A stretch of DNA of 64,000 nucleotides, from the sequence record SRR22947727_5200, one strand, 5' to 3'. How positions within the stretch are numbered: the stretch's first letter is position 1; every line of letters begins with the position of its first letter. The position numbers were made by a program, and so were the translations under genes. Below, piece after piece: positions 1-11,616 of this stretch. The notes below the pieces were generated by a model. It saw only the letters and a list, made by a program, of their open reading frames with translations, was not told where the DNA came from and did not search any database.

Positions 1-54
1 CCCCTGACCCCCTGCATGCCATGCAGGTGCGCTACCAGCTGCGCCACAGGCCCC
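1..54 (-). tRNA. tRNA-Ala(GGC), 3' end cut off by the window edge
   Basis: Reverse complement reads GGGGCCTGTGGCGCAGCTGGTAGCGCA-CCTGC-AT-GGC-AT-GCAGG-GGGTCAGGGG: acceptor 5' strand, D-arm and anticodon arm with GGC. Confidence 0.93.
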
Positions 55-79
55 TGTGTCGAAAGCAAGGGAAAGCCTA

Positions 80-478
80 CTACAGCCCTTCCTGGGTGTT
101 CGAGTCGTCCTCGAGGCCCAACCCAGCGGGAAGCACGACGAGTGGACAATCTCGCCACAGTCGCTCCAACTGATAGTAAAGGCGCTCCTCCTCGTGGAAA
201 ACGTGAACGACAATGTCGCCAAAATCGAGCAGGATCCATCGGCCCTCACTCCGACCCTCCTGGCGTATGCGCTTTGCGCCATCGCCCAGCAGACGTTCTT
301 CAACCTCATCGGCAATCGCCTGAACCATGCGCTCATTGCGTCCGCTACAAATGAGGAAGACATCAGTGAGTGCGATGTGGTCGGAGACATCAAGAGCCAC
401 CAAGTCGGTCGCTAACTTGTCACTGGCTGCGGTGGCCGCGAGGACGGTGCGGTGCGAAGCGGTATCGCTCGCGGTCAT
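80..478 (-). CDS. rsfS: Ribosome silencing factor RsfS (Iojap family)
   Basis: Motifs DKLATDLVALDVS, WILLDFGDIVVHVF and YYQLERLW; lies downstream of nadD as usual. Confidence 0.95.
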   Translation of the reverse strand: MTASDTASHRTVLAATAASDKLATDLVALDVSDHIALTDVFLICSGRNERMVQAIADEVEERLLGDGAKRIRQEGRSEGRWILLDFGDIVVHVFHEEERLYYQLERLWRDCPLVVLPAGLGLEDDSNTQEGL

Positions 479-498
479 GAATTCCTTACCCCAGTCAT

Positions 499-1365
499 TT
501 AGACCAGTGTGTCAGTGAGTAGAGCTACAACGAGCAGGACCACGGCTCCAATGCCTAAGACTGCCGCTCCGGTCGCGGTCAGGATCGCCGCAGTGCCCCA
601 TCGCACTCTGCGAACCAAAAGGATATCCGTGTCATCACCCTGACCCGAAACCGCTTTTGAGGCGCGAATAGGTTGCGCCATAGCCGCGAGCTCTCCCGTG
701 ACATAGGCATCAAAACCCTCGTCATCGTCCCTGTCTTCACGCATCGAGGGAATCTTCCCGGTTTCCGCCAACTGGTTCGGCAACGTAATCTGACCAGTCA
801 CAATGACCTCGCCGGTGTCGCCAATCGGGCCCGACATATCAATGGTGGGCGTGACAGGAAGAATCAGTGAGCTAGTCGCCATGGTGACATCTCCCACCAC
901 CCGGCTAGGAAAGGCCGGGGCAACCGTGGGGGGCTCAGGCGCGGGCTCGGAAGGGCGCGGAGGCAGGTCAATCGCCGGGCTCGTCGAGGGAGGCCCAAAC
1001 ACCGGAGGAAGGGGCTCGGGCGGAGCAGGCGTCTCCTGAGGTGGAGCAGACTGCGTGACTTCGACGAGCGACGTGTCTTCCAACGCTGGAGATTCTGCCG
1101 GCTGCTGGTACTCAGTCGGAATCGGAATTACGCCCGTTTCTTCCAACATCTTGCGCTCCCGGCGGGACATCGGAGCGGGAGGACTTGGCGGAGGCGGCGA
1201 AGGGACAGATTCTTGCTCAGGAGAAGTGCTCTGGACCGGGGCGGGGGTTGGAGGCGCAGCCTCTTCCGCAGACTGGGCGGCAGGCGCTGCGGGGAGAAGG
1301 CCCTGCTCTTCGAGCTGGCGCCTTTCCCGTCTGGTCATCGGCTGAACCGAAGGAGTGTCTGTCAC
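499..1365 (-). CDS. Pro/Glu-rich hypothetical protein with a C-terminal transmembrane anchor
   Basis: GTG at 1365 overlaps the nadD stop (GTGA); low-complexity body; hydrophobic C-terminus [28 protein letters not shown]. Confidence 0.8.
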   Translation of the reverse strand: MTDTPSVQPMTRRERRQLEEQGLLPAAPAAQSAEEAAPPTPAPVQSTSPEQESVPSPPPPSPPAPMSRRERKMLEETGVIPIPTEYQQPAESPALEDTSLVEVTQSAPPQETPAPPEPLPPVFGPPSTSPAIDLPPRPSEPAPEPPTVAPAFPSRVVGDVTMATSSLILPVTPTIDMSGPIGDTGEVIVTGQITLPNQLAETGKIPSMREDRDDDEGFDAYVTGELAAMAQPIRASKAVSGQGDDTDILLVRRVRWGTAAILTATGAAVLGIGAVVLLVVALLTDTLV

Positions 1366-1958
1366 GTGAGATCCCGATAGAGGCGATGTTTGGCAATGTA
1401 TTGAACAACCCCATCTGGCACCAGGTACCACACAGAGTTGCCTTCAGCGACTCGAGCACGACAATCCGAGGACGAAATCGCCAAAGCTGGCACCTCCAAG
1501 ACTGTCACATGCTCACTCGGGAGGGAATCGACCCGAAGATCATGGCCGGGCCTTGACACCCCAACGAAGTGGGCCAGCGATGTCAGCTCAGGCCCCTCCT
1601 TCCAAGAAAGAACTGCCGCGATGGCATCCGCACCGGTGATGAAGAAAAGATCCGCGTTCTCAAACTGCTTCCGCAAATCGCGGAGGGTGTCGACGGTGTA
1701 CGTGAAGCCGGGGCGATCAATATCCACTCGGCTGACACGGAACCGAGGATTCGACGCGGTGGCGATCACCGTCATCAGATACCGGTGCTCAGCCTCTGAG
1801 ACCTGGGGTTTATCCGCCGGCTTACCGGTGGGCACGAAGATCACTTCGTCGAGGTCGAGAGAGACCTGCGCTTCACTAGCTGCCACAAGGTGACCGTGGT
1901 GAATGGGGTCGAACGTGCCACCCATGATTCCAATGCGGGGGCGACGCGGTGAAGACAT
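1362..1958 (-). CDS. nadD: Nicotinate-nucleotide adenylyltransferase
   Basis: [18 protein letters not shown] and ISSSDCR motifs. Confidence 0.97.
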   Translation of the reverse strand: MSSPRRPRIGIMGGTFDPIHHGHLVAASEAQVSLDLDEVIFVPTGKPADKPQVSEAEHRYLMTVIATASNPRFRVSRVDIDRPGFTYTVDTLRDLRKQFENADLFFITGADAIAAVLSWKEGPELTSLAHFVGVSRPGHDLRVDSLPSEHVTVLEVPALAISSSDCRARVAEGNSVWYLVPDGVVQYIAKHRLYRDLT

Positions 1959-1964
1959 TACGTC

Positions 1965-2150
1965 CTAGTGGTGTGCAGAGGCGCTGCTGGTGCCCTGAGT
2001 TTTGTGACGGTGACGATTGGCAACATTGCGGTAGCTGTAGGTCAACCACGCGAGAGCAAAAAAGCTCACCAGGAACGCGATTCCAAAAACCTCCGCCGGG
2101 AAGGGCAGCTCATTGACAATTTCGCCCGAGGCAATGATGGTGTCGGTCAT
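1965..2150 (-). CDS. Small single-pass membrane protein (61 aa)
   Basis: One hydrophobic helix followed by SYRNVANRH; upstream AAGGAG RBS-like sequence; fills the proA-nadD gap. Confidence 0.75.
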   Translation of the reverse strand: MTDTIIASGEIVNELPFPAEVFGIAFLVSFFALAWLTYSYRNVANRHRHKTQGTSSASAHH

Positions 2151-2191
2151 GGGATTCCCCGTGCTCCTTACTGTGGTTGTCGTCTGGTCCT

Positions 2192-2225
2192 AATCTACCG
2201 GTAGAACCTGCCAGGAACCTTTCAT
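2192..2225 (-). promoter_or_regulatory. Promoter with -10 TAGATT and an upstream 11-bp-period direct repeat (OmpR/MprA-like site)
   Basis: Gene strand reads ATGAAA-ggttc-CTGGCA-N11-TAGATT; AGGTTC repeats with an 11-bp period. Confidence 0.4.
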
Positions 2226-3494
2226 CTACTCGCGAACCTGTCCCTGACCGCGAACAATCCATTTGGTGCTGGTCAGTTCAGGCAAACCCATAGGGCCTCT
2301 GGCGTGCAGTTTCTGAGTGGAGATACCGACCTCGGCGCCGAAACCAAACTCACCACCATCGGTGAAACGGGTGGAAGCATTCACGATGACCGCTGCCGAG
2401 TCCACCTCGTTCAGGAATCGCTCGGCATTGGCCATATCGGCGGTAAGGATCGCTTCCGTGTGGTGTGTGGAATAGCTCCGGATGTGCTCCAAAGCCTCGT
2501 CCAAGCTCGCCACCGCTTTGAGAGAGAGGTCAAGTGACAAGTACTCGGTGGCCCAGTCTTCTTCTGTGGCGGGGAGAGCATCGGGGACAATCTCCCGAAT
2601 GGCCTCGTCGGCGTGCAGAGTGACGCCGGAAGCCTGCAAACGCTTGGCGATGGCAGGCACGAGCCCCAGCGCATCCTGATGCACCAACACTGTCTCGACC
2701 GAATTACACACACTCGGGCGCTGAACCTTGGCGTTATGAATAATTTCCGTGGCATCGTCACCGGACGCGCTCGCGTCCACAAAAATATGCACGATGCCCG
2801 ATCCCGTTTCAATCACGGGAACGGTCGACTCGGTGACCACAGTCTCGATGAGGGAAGCAGATCCACGGGGGATGAGAACGTCGATGTATCCTCGACCTTT
2901 CATCAGAGCTTCTGCGCCCGCGCGCCCGAAGTCATCCACGGTCGCGATCGCCTCACCAGGCAAGCCCACCGAGACCAACGCATCGCGCATCAGAGAAACC
3001 AGAAGCTTGTTGCTCTCCAAAGCCGCCGATCCACCCCGCAAGACGACAGCGTTGCCGCTCTTGAGAGCAAGTGCGGCGATATCCACGGTGACGTTGGGTC
3101 GGGCCTCATAAATTGCGCCCACCACCCCGAACGGCACACGCACCTGGGAAACCTGCAATCCATTCGGAAGTGTCATCCCGCGGATCACGTCACCGACGGG
3201 GTCGGGCAGAGACCGAACCACTCCCACCGAGTCCACCAGGCCTTGAACGCGCTCTGGTGTGAGCCGGAGTCGGTCCTGGAGGCTAGTTTCCATGCCCTCG
3301 TCAGCACCGCGCTTGAGGTCTGCGGCATTGGCCTCCACAATCTGGGAGACATGAGAGCGAAGGGATTCTTGAATCGCCCCCAGACCCGCATCACGCACCG
3401 AGGACGACGCTGTGGTGAGGGCTCGGGCAGCGCTTTTCGAGCGCTCCAGTCGCTCACGAAGCTCAAGGGCGATGGTGGGTGTCGAGCTGGTCAT
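2226..3494 (-). CDS. proA: Gamma-glutamyl phosphate reductase
   Basis: IYEARPNVT, RPSVCNSVET and NASTRFTDGGEFGFGAEVGISTQKLHARGP. Confidence 0.98.
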   Translation of the reverse strand: MTSSTPTIALELRERLERSKSAARALTTASSSVRDAGLGAIQESLRSHVSQIVEANAADLKRGADEGMETSLQDRLRLTPERVQGLVDSVGVVRSLPDPVGDVIRGMTLPNGLQVSQVRVPFGVVGAIYEARPNVTVDIAALALKSGNAVVLRGGSAALESNKLLVSLMRDALVSVGLPGEAIATVDDFGRAGAEALMKGRGYIDVLIPRGSASLIETVVTESTVPVIETGSGIVHIFVDASASGDDATEIIHNAKVQRPSVCNSVETVLVHQDALGLVPAIAKRLQASGVTLHADEAIREIVPDALPATEEDWATEYLSLDLSLKAVASLDEALEHIRSYSTHHTEAILTADMANAERFLNEVDSAAVIVNASTRFTDGGEFGFGAEVGISTQKLHARGPMGLPELTSTKWIVRGQGQVRE

Positions 3495-3499
3495 GACGA

Positions 3500-5792
<2,293 letters not shown>

Positions 5793-5811
5793 TCATATGG
5801 CCACTAAGCGC

Positions 5812-5835
5812 AAAGGGCGAGCCGAAGCTCGCCCT
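5812..5835 (-). terminator. Intrinsic terminator after rplU-rpmA (short U-tract)
   Basis: Minus strand AGGGCGAGC-TTCG-GCTCGCCCT-TT: 9-bp stem with a UUCG tetraloop. Confidence 0.65.
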
Positions 5836-5856
5836 CGCACTACAGTGTGGAAAATC

Positions 5857-6114
5857 TTAGGTGGCGGAGTCAACCACGGCGACAACTTTGCGGCCGCCCT
5901 TGGTTCCAAACTTCACTTCGCCTGCTGCGAGGGCAAACAGGGTGTCATCGTTGCCACGGCCCACGTTCGCACCGGGGTGGAAGTGGGTTCCGCGCTGACG
6001 CACGATAATTTCACCGGCTTTGACGACCTGACCACCGAAACGCTTCACTCCCAGGTACTGGGGGTTGGAGTCGCGACCGTTACGAGTCGAGGACGCACCT
6101 TTTTTATGTGCCAT
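5857..6114 (-). CDS. rpmA: 50S ribosomal protein L27
   Basis: [16 protein letters not shown]...IIVRQRGT. Confidence 0.99.
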   Translation of the reverse strand: MAHKKGASSTRNGRDSNPQYLGVKRFGGQVVKAGEIIVRQRGTHFHPGANVGRGNDDTLFALAAGEVKFGTKGGRKVVAVVDSAT

Positions 6115-6125
6115 GAGCTAGCCCT

Positions 6126-6440
6126 TTACTTCTTCGTGATGCCGGTGACTTTGAGCTTCGTCAGATCCGCACGGAATCCCTGACGAGCCTTGTAACCGGT
6201 CTTGTTCTTGTACTTCTGGATAACAATCTTGGGGCCGCGGAGGTCTTCAATAACCTCAGCGCTCACGGTGATCTTGGCAAGTTCCTTCTTGTCGTGAGTG
6301 ACGGTGTCACCATCGACATAGAGAACCGGGGCAAGCGTCACCGACTTCTTTGCTTCAGCGGAAAGTCGGTCCACCGTAATGATGGATCCAACTTCTACCT
6401 TTTCCTGGCGCCCACCTGCGCGCACAACCGCGTAAACCAC
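6126..6440 (-). CDS. rplU: 50S ribosomal protein L21
   Basis: [13 protein letters not shown]...[16 protein letters not shown] start at 6440; adjacent to rpmA. Confidence 0.97.
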   Translation of the reverse strand: MVYAVVRAGGRQEKVEVGSIITVDRLSAEAKKSVTLAPVLYVDGDTVTHDKKELAKITVSAEVIEDLRGPKIVIQKYKNKTGYKARQGFRADLTKLKVTGITKK

Positions 6441-6643
6441 GATGAAACCTGCCTTGTTACCTAGAAAGTGAGGGTGCCAGATGAAATTACGAAAACAGCA
6501 CCAAGGGACAAGAGTAGACCATTGCTGAGTCCTGGGCAACCTGCAGTGTCACCTGCCAAACCAACCCCGAGGAACCAGGTTCTTGTCATCCATCACTTCG
6601 ACCTTCAGGATGCCCGAGTAACCCCAGGGATACTCCTGGCGCC

Positions 6644-8650
6644 CTACCCGCTGGTTGCTCGGCGGCGACGCTTCGACGTTCCAGGCGCAGGAGGCTCCGG
6701 GAGCGCTGCTAACACAGAGTCCAAGATTTCCGGCTTTTCCATCGCGGTTTTCTTCGCGCCACGGGGTGTCTTGGCCGCCGGCTCCGCCTGATCCACAGCA
6801 GGGGTCGACGCGTGCCCCACAGTGCTCTTCGCAATCTGAGCAATCGCGTTTCTCGCATCATCGGTGATCTGGTGTGGGGCCACAGCGGGCTGTGACGATC
6901 CCGACGACTTGCGCTTCTTCGAGGGTGCATTGTCCGAGCGTGACTTCGAGACCGGCTCGTGGTGCACTAACAGTCCCCGACCTTGGCACACTTCACACGA
7001 TTCGCTGAAGGTCTCCAATAGCCCCAGTCCCAGCTTCTTCCTGGTCATTTGAACCAGCCCCAAGCTCGTGACCTCGGCGACCTGGTGCTTCGTGCGATCT
7101 CGTCCCAAGCACTCCATCAGTCTTTGCAGAACGAGGTCACGGTTGGATTCGAGAACCATGTCGATGAAGTCGACGACGATAATTCCGCCGATGTCACGCA
7201 GGCGAAGCTGGCGAACGATTTCCTCCGCGGCTTCGAGGTTGTTCTTCGTGACGGTCTCCTCGAGGTTCCCCCCAGAGCCGACAAACTTTCCAGTGTTCAC
7301 ATCGACGACCGTCATCGCTTCCGTGCGGTCAATGACCAAAGAACCGCCGCTGGGCAGCCAGACCTTCCGATCCAGTGCTTTGGCAATTCCTTCATTCACG
7401 CGGTACTCGACGAAGGGATCAGAGTCAGCCGTGTACTCCTCCATGCGCGCAATCAGATCGGGAGCAACCTGCGTGAGGTACTTCTCAATCGTCTTGGCCG
7501 CGTGCGAACCAGAGATCACAATCTTCTGGAAGTCCTCGTTGAACACGTCGCGAATGATCTTGACCAGCAAATCAGGTTCTGAGTGCAACAGAGCTGGAGC
7601 CTGCGCCTTCTCTGACTGAGCGGAAAGCTCTTGCCACTGTTGCTGCAAGCGCTCGACATCACTGGTGAGCTGCTCTTCGGTGGCACCCTCCGCGGCGGTG
7701 CGCACAATGACACCCGCACTCTCGGGGAGAACCTGCTTCAGGATCGCCTTGAGGCGTGAGCGCTCCTTTTCGGGGAGCTTGCGCGAAATTCCGTTCATCG
7801 CGCCACCGGGCACGTAGACAAGGTAGCGACCGGGGAGGCTGATCTGACTGGTGAGCCTTGCTCCCTTATGTCCAACCGGATCTTTCGTGACCTGGACCAG
7901 CACGGTGTCACCGGTTTTCAGCGCTAGTTCAATGCGACGGGGGCCAGTAGCTCCGCCTTCGGCGGCAGCTTCCCAGTCGACTTCGCCGGAATACAGCACG
8001 GCGTTTCGACCACGTCCGATATCGACGAAGGCGGCCTCCATGCTGGGCAAAACGTTTTGCACACGGCCGAGATACACGTTGCCGATCAGGCTGGATTCTT
8101 CGGAGCGAGCAACGTAGTGCTCGACCACGACGTTGTCTTCGAGGACAGCAATTTGGGTGCGATCTGTCGTCTCGCGCACCACCATGACGCGGTCAACGCT
8201 CTCGCGGCGAGCGAGGAACTCGGTCTCCGTGACAGTGCCACGGCGACGGCTTCCCTCGCGCCCATCACGGCGGCGCTGACGCTTTGCCTCGAGGCGGGTA
8301 GACCCTCGAACTTTCTGCGGCTGCCCAGAGTCCGCGGACTCAGAGGCCTTCTTCTCCTCGACGAGTGGCTTACGGTTGGCTCGCGAGCGACGCCGGACAA
8401 CCTTGTCGCCCTCGGAGGTCTCGGGGCCTGGAGTCCAGGTGGGGAACAATCCGGGGTCTGGGGCTTGGAACACCAGGGACGTGGTGGTCTGAGCGACCGG
8501 CTTCTCAGCTTTTGCGGCGACAGCTTTAGTTGTCTTCGGCCCTTTTTTCGCCGCGGGAGCCTTCTTCACAGGCTTCTCGGCGGCGGCTTTTGTCGTGGCC
8601 GGGGCCTTTTTTTCGGGCTTACTGTCGTCTTCTTTTTTTCGTGTCACCAT
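6644..8650 (-). CDS. rne: Ribonuclease E/G family (Rne/Rng)
   Basis: S1 domain (GNVYLGRVQNVLPSMEAAFVDIG), DVNTGK, RLRDIGGIIVVDFIDM and Zn-link CEVC; ATG at 8650 follows a GAGGAG RBS. Confidence 0.96.
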   Translation of the reverse strand: MVTRKKEDDSKPEKKAPATTKAAAEKPVKKAPAAKKGPKTTKAVAAKAEKPVAQTTTSLVFQAPDPGLFPTWTPGPETSEGDKVVRRRSRANRKPLVEEKKASESADSGQPQKVRGSTRLEAKRQRRRDGREGSRRRGTVTETEFLARRESVDRVMVVRETTDRTQIAVLEDNVVVEHYVARSEESSLIGNVYLGRVQNVLPSMEAAFVDIGRGRNAVLYSGEVDWEAAAEGGATGPRRIELALKTGDTVLVQVTKDPVGHKGARLTSQISLPGRYLVYVPGGAMNGISRKLPEKERSRLKAILKQVLPESAGVIVRTAAEGATEEQLTSDVERLQQQWQELSAQSEKAQAPALLHSEPDLLVKIIRDVFNEDFQKIVISGSHAAKTIEKYLTQVAPDLIARMEEYTADSDPFVEYRVNEGIAKALDRKVWLPSGGSLVIDRTEAMTVVDVNTGKFVGSGGNLEETVTKNNLEAAEEIVRQLRLRDIGGIIVVDFIDMVLESNRDLVLQRLMECLGRDRTKHQVAEVTSLGLVQMTRKKLGLGLLETFSESCEVCQGRGLLVHHEPVSKSRSDNAPSKKRKSSGSSQPAVAPHQITDDARNAIAQIAKSTVGHASTPAVDQAEPAAKTPRGAKKTAMEKPEILDSVLAALPEPPAPGTSKRRRRATSG

Positions 8651-8880
8651 CGCTGGTGTACTCCTCACACATTCCCTGGCACCACTGGCTGGGAACACAT
8701 TGCGCTTTGGCAATGCGCGCAAACACGCATTGAAAAAACTAGGTTGTAGGGGTTTTTCCCTGTATTCGGATGGTCATCCGAGAAATCTTGTGGTGGCGCT
8801 TCGTCGTCTCTGGCGATTGCGCTTGGACCAGTATCGCATACCGTCACCTAATTCTCACGGGGTGCTGTCATAATCAGCTC

Positions 8881-9474
8881 GTGAATTACCCCACCAGACG
8901 CGCGACCGGCATGGGCCTGTTTCTGATGCTGAGCGGTCTCGGTGGCTGGCTCACAGCATTGATCTTGGCTAGGGAGGGCTACCAGCTAGCCCTCACAGGC
9001 GAAAAGCCGAGCTGCGATATCAACCCGTTCTTCTCGTGCGGGAATGTGATGCAGAGCTGGCAAGCCACACTCTTTTTTGACACCCCCAACCAGCTCTACG
9101 GAATTGGGGGGTATGCAGTGGTCGCCGTCATAGGTGCCGCCATGCTCACAGGATCAACCTTCAAACGCGGTTTCTGGGTGCTCACGACGGTGGGGCTTTT
9201 TGCCGCCTACAGCTGGCTGATGTGGATGTTCTACCAAGCGGTGTTCGTCATTGGCTTCCTGTGCCTGTATTGCATGGTGGTGTGGGCAATCCACATGATT
9301 CTCTGGTGGGTGTTCCTCCCCTGGGCCATGAAGCAGGGGATGCTCGGGTCATCCCCTCGCCTGAAGAAACTGGGAGCTCAGTGGCTGCCCTACAGCTGGA
9401 TTCTGATCGTGATCAACTACGCCGTGATCGGCTTGTCAATCTTGATTCAGTTCCCCCTGCTGTTTTCGGTTTAG
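8881..9474 (+). CDS. Vitamin K epoxide reductase (VKOR) family membrane protein
   Basis: Loop cysteines CDINPFFSC, active-site CLYC, several TM helices; CATAAT 6 nt before the GTG. Confidence 0.9.
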   Translation: MNYPTRRATGMGLFLMLSGLGGWLTALILAREGYQLALTGEKPSCDINPFFSCGNVMQSWQATLFFDTPNQLYGIGGYAVVAVIGAAMLTGSTFKRGFWVLTTVGLFAAYSWLMWMFYQAVFVIGFLCLYCMVVWAIHMILWWVFLPWAMKQGMLGSSPRLKKLGAQWLPYSWILIVINYAVIGLSILIQFPLLFSV

Positions 9475-9893
9475 GACTTAAACCACAGCGCGAGTTCACG
9501 CTCAGCAGTGTCGGGGGAATCGCTCGCGTGAATGAGGTTCTGCTGAACCGCTAAGCCCCAGTCGCGTCCTAGGTCGCCGCGAATGGTGCCGGGTGCTGCC
9601 TGGGTGGGATCGGTCGCCCCGCAGAGCGAACGGATGCCCTCGATGACGCGGTGACCTGCCACGCGGATCGCCACAACAGGGCCAGACTCCATGAACGTCA
9701 CAAGGGGCTCATAAAAGGGTTTTCCCTCGTGCTCGTCGTAGTGCGCGCGCAGAAGGTCTCGATCTGGTTGAACCATGCGAATGTCCACCAGCTGATACCC
9801 CTTGGATTCAATCCGGGACAGGATCTCTCCGGTGAGATTTCTCGCAACACCGTCTGGCTTGATCAGAACAAGTGTTTCCTGGGGTGCAGACAT
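9471..9893 (-). CDS. ndk: Nucleoside diphosphate kinase
   Basis: IKPDGV, PGTIRGD and NLIHASDS. Confidence 0.98.
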   Translation of the reverse strand: MSAPQETLVLIKPDGVARNLTGEILSRIESKGYQLVDIRMVQPDRDLLRAHYDEHEGKPFYEPLVTFMESGPVVAIRVAGHRVIEGIRSLCGATDPTQAAPGTIRGDLGRDWGLAVQQNLIHASDSPDTAERELALWFKS

Positions 9894-9929
9894 TCAGCGG
9901 GCTCCTTCGTGTGACGTGTGAAGTCGAGC

Positions 9930-10280
9930 CTACTGGCTCGACTGGGGCTTGTTCCGATCCAGCATGGGCCCTCGAATTGCCCCAAAAACCCAGAAAGCAA
10001 CCACAACGGCAAAAGACATTCCGATCGCGACGTCCCAGAGGAAACTTCCCAACAGGACGATTTGGACCAGGTGTCCCACGATTTGTGCCACGCGATAGCG
10101 CACGCTGCCATAAAGAAGGACCAGCACCAGGAACGTCACCAGCGCGCCCCCGAGCACCACTGGCCCGCTGTACAGGCGGAGTCCATTCAGCACCAGGGCA
10201 CCGAAGAAGACCACAATCATTTCAAGCCCGAGGGCAATCTGGAGGAGAGACTCTGTCGCGGTCTTTTCTCTCTTAGCCAT
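9930..10280 (-). CDS. Small membrane protein (DUF4233-like)
   Basis: Four hydrophobic segments; occupies the folC-ndk position typical of actinobacteria. Confidence 0.75.
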   Translation of the reverse strand: MAKREKTATESLLQIALGLEMIVVFFGALVLNGLRLYSGPVVLGGALVTFLVLVLLYGSVRYRVAQIVGHLVQIVLLGSFLWDVAIGMSFAVVVAFWVFGAIRGPMLDRNKPQSSQ

Positions 10281-11616
10281 CGTTCAGTCCTCCTCGAACT
10301 TCACCAATCAGCGTGATGGATCCGGTCACAATCACGCCGCCGTCAAAACCGGAGAGCTCTTTGGCCCGCTCAAGAGCAGAGTCAGCATCACCTCTCGAGT
10401 CCACGCGATCAGGCCCTGCGATCGCGGACACTGCGTCAGCGAGATCTGACACGGAGATTGCGCGATCGGACTGAGACTGTGTCACCACAAAGTGATCCAC
10501 GACCGGATCCAGCGCCTCCACGATGCCAATGACATCTTTCTGTTGAAGGATTCCGAGAACACAGATCAACCGGGGGAAGCTAAACGACCCCATGAGCGCG
10601 CGACAGAGCGCTTCTGCACTGTGTGGGTTGTGAGCGGCGTCCACGATGACAGTCGGTTGATGATCAATGACCTGCAAGCGTCCGGGACTACTGGAGAGCA
10701 GAATGCCATCCTCCACAACTTCCGCTCCCAGAGGAATCTCACCGTTGCCGAGGAAGGACTCCACCGCGGCAATCGCCAACGCGGCGTTATCCGCCTGGTG
10801 TTCACCGAACAGCGGCAGACCCAGGTTTCGATACTCACCGGCAATGCCGGAAACTCCCAGCACTTGGCCACCGACTGCTTGCTCGACACTGGTGAGGTGA
10901 AAATCTCGACCCATCACGCGCAGCGTTGCCTCGGAGAGTTCACACGCCCGAAGGATCTCCTCCATTGCGTCCTCGCTTTGCACCGCACTCACCACACGAG
11001 ATGCCGGTTTCACAATGCCGGCCTTGGTGCGAGCTATCTCCCGAATCGTGTCACCCAAGAATTCGGCATGGTCCATCGCTATCGGGGTGAGCACCGCGAC
11101 GTCGGCGACGACCACGTTGGTCGCATCCCATTCACCCCCCATGCCCACCTCGACGACCGCGACGTCAACTGGAGCATCAGCAAAACTGGCGAAGGTCAGG
11201 ACGGTGAGAGCTTCATAGAAGGTCAGGGGAGGTTCTGAGTTGGCCAGAAGTTCCGCATCCACCATCTGAAGGACCGGCTCAACATCAGCCCAGTTATCCG
11301 CCATCATCCGATCGGTGATGGCTTCGCCATCAATCATGATGCGCTCGTTCAACCGGTGAAGGTGGGGGGAGGTCATCAACCCCACCCGGAGGCCGTGGGA
11401 TCGAAGAAGGCTGTCGGTGATGCGTGCTGTTGATGTTTTCCCGTTGGTTCCAGCGATATGAATCACGCCGTACATACGCTGCGGGTCGCCCAACAATTCG
11501 ACCGCGCGCCTGGTCGCCTCGAGTCTCCGCTTGGGAGTTCCCTCGCCAATCCGCGCGTAGAGGGCCTCCTCTACGGCGGCAGCGGCCATGCGGTCGTCAG
11601 AGGGGAGGTCAGACAC
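10273..11616 (-). CDS. folC: Folylpolyglutamate synthase/dihydrofolate synthase
   Basis: [28 protein letters not shown] and DAAHN. Confidence 0.97.
   Translation of the reverse strand: MSDLPSDDRMAAAAVEEALYARIGEGTPKRRLEATRRAVELLGDPQRMYGVIHIAGTNGKTSTARITDSLLRSHGLRVGLMTSPHLHRLNERIMIDGEAITDRMMADNWADVEPVLQMVDAELLANSEPPLTFYEALTVLTFASFADAPVDVAVVEVGMGGEWDATNVVVADVAVLTPIAMDHAEFLGDTIREIARTKAGIVKPASRVVSAVQSEDAMEEILRACELSEATLRVMGRDFHLTSVEQAVGGQVLGVSGIAGEYRNLGLPLFGEHQADNAALAIAAVESFLGNGEIPLGAEVVEDGILLSSSPGRLQVIDHQPTVIVDAAHNPHSAEALCRALMGSFSFPRLICVLGILQQKDVIGIVEALDPVVDHFVVTQSQSDRAISVSDLADAVSAIAGPDRVDSRGDADSALERAKELSGFDGGVIVTGSITLIGEVRGGLNDG

Noticed and set aside
8651..8722. N-terminal extensions in the ORF track (rne, clpX, clpP1, pepN, ssb, yaaA, atpD and others)
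   Set aside because: The upstream codons overlap neighbours or promoters; downstream starts with an RBS or -10 and family-typical N-termini were used instead.
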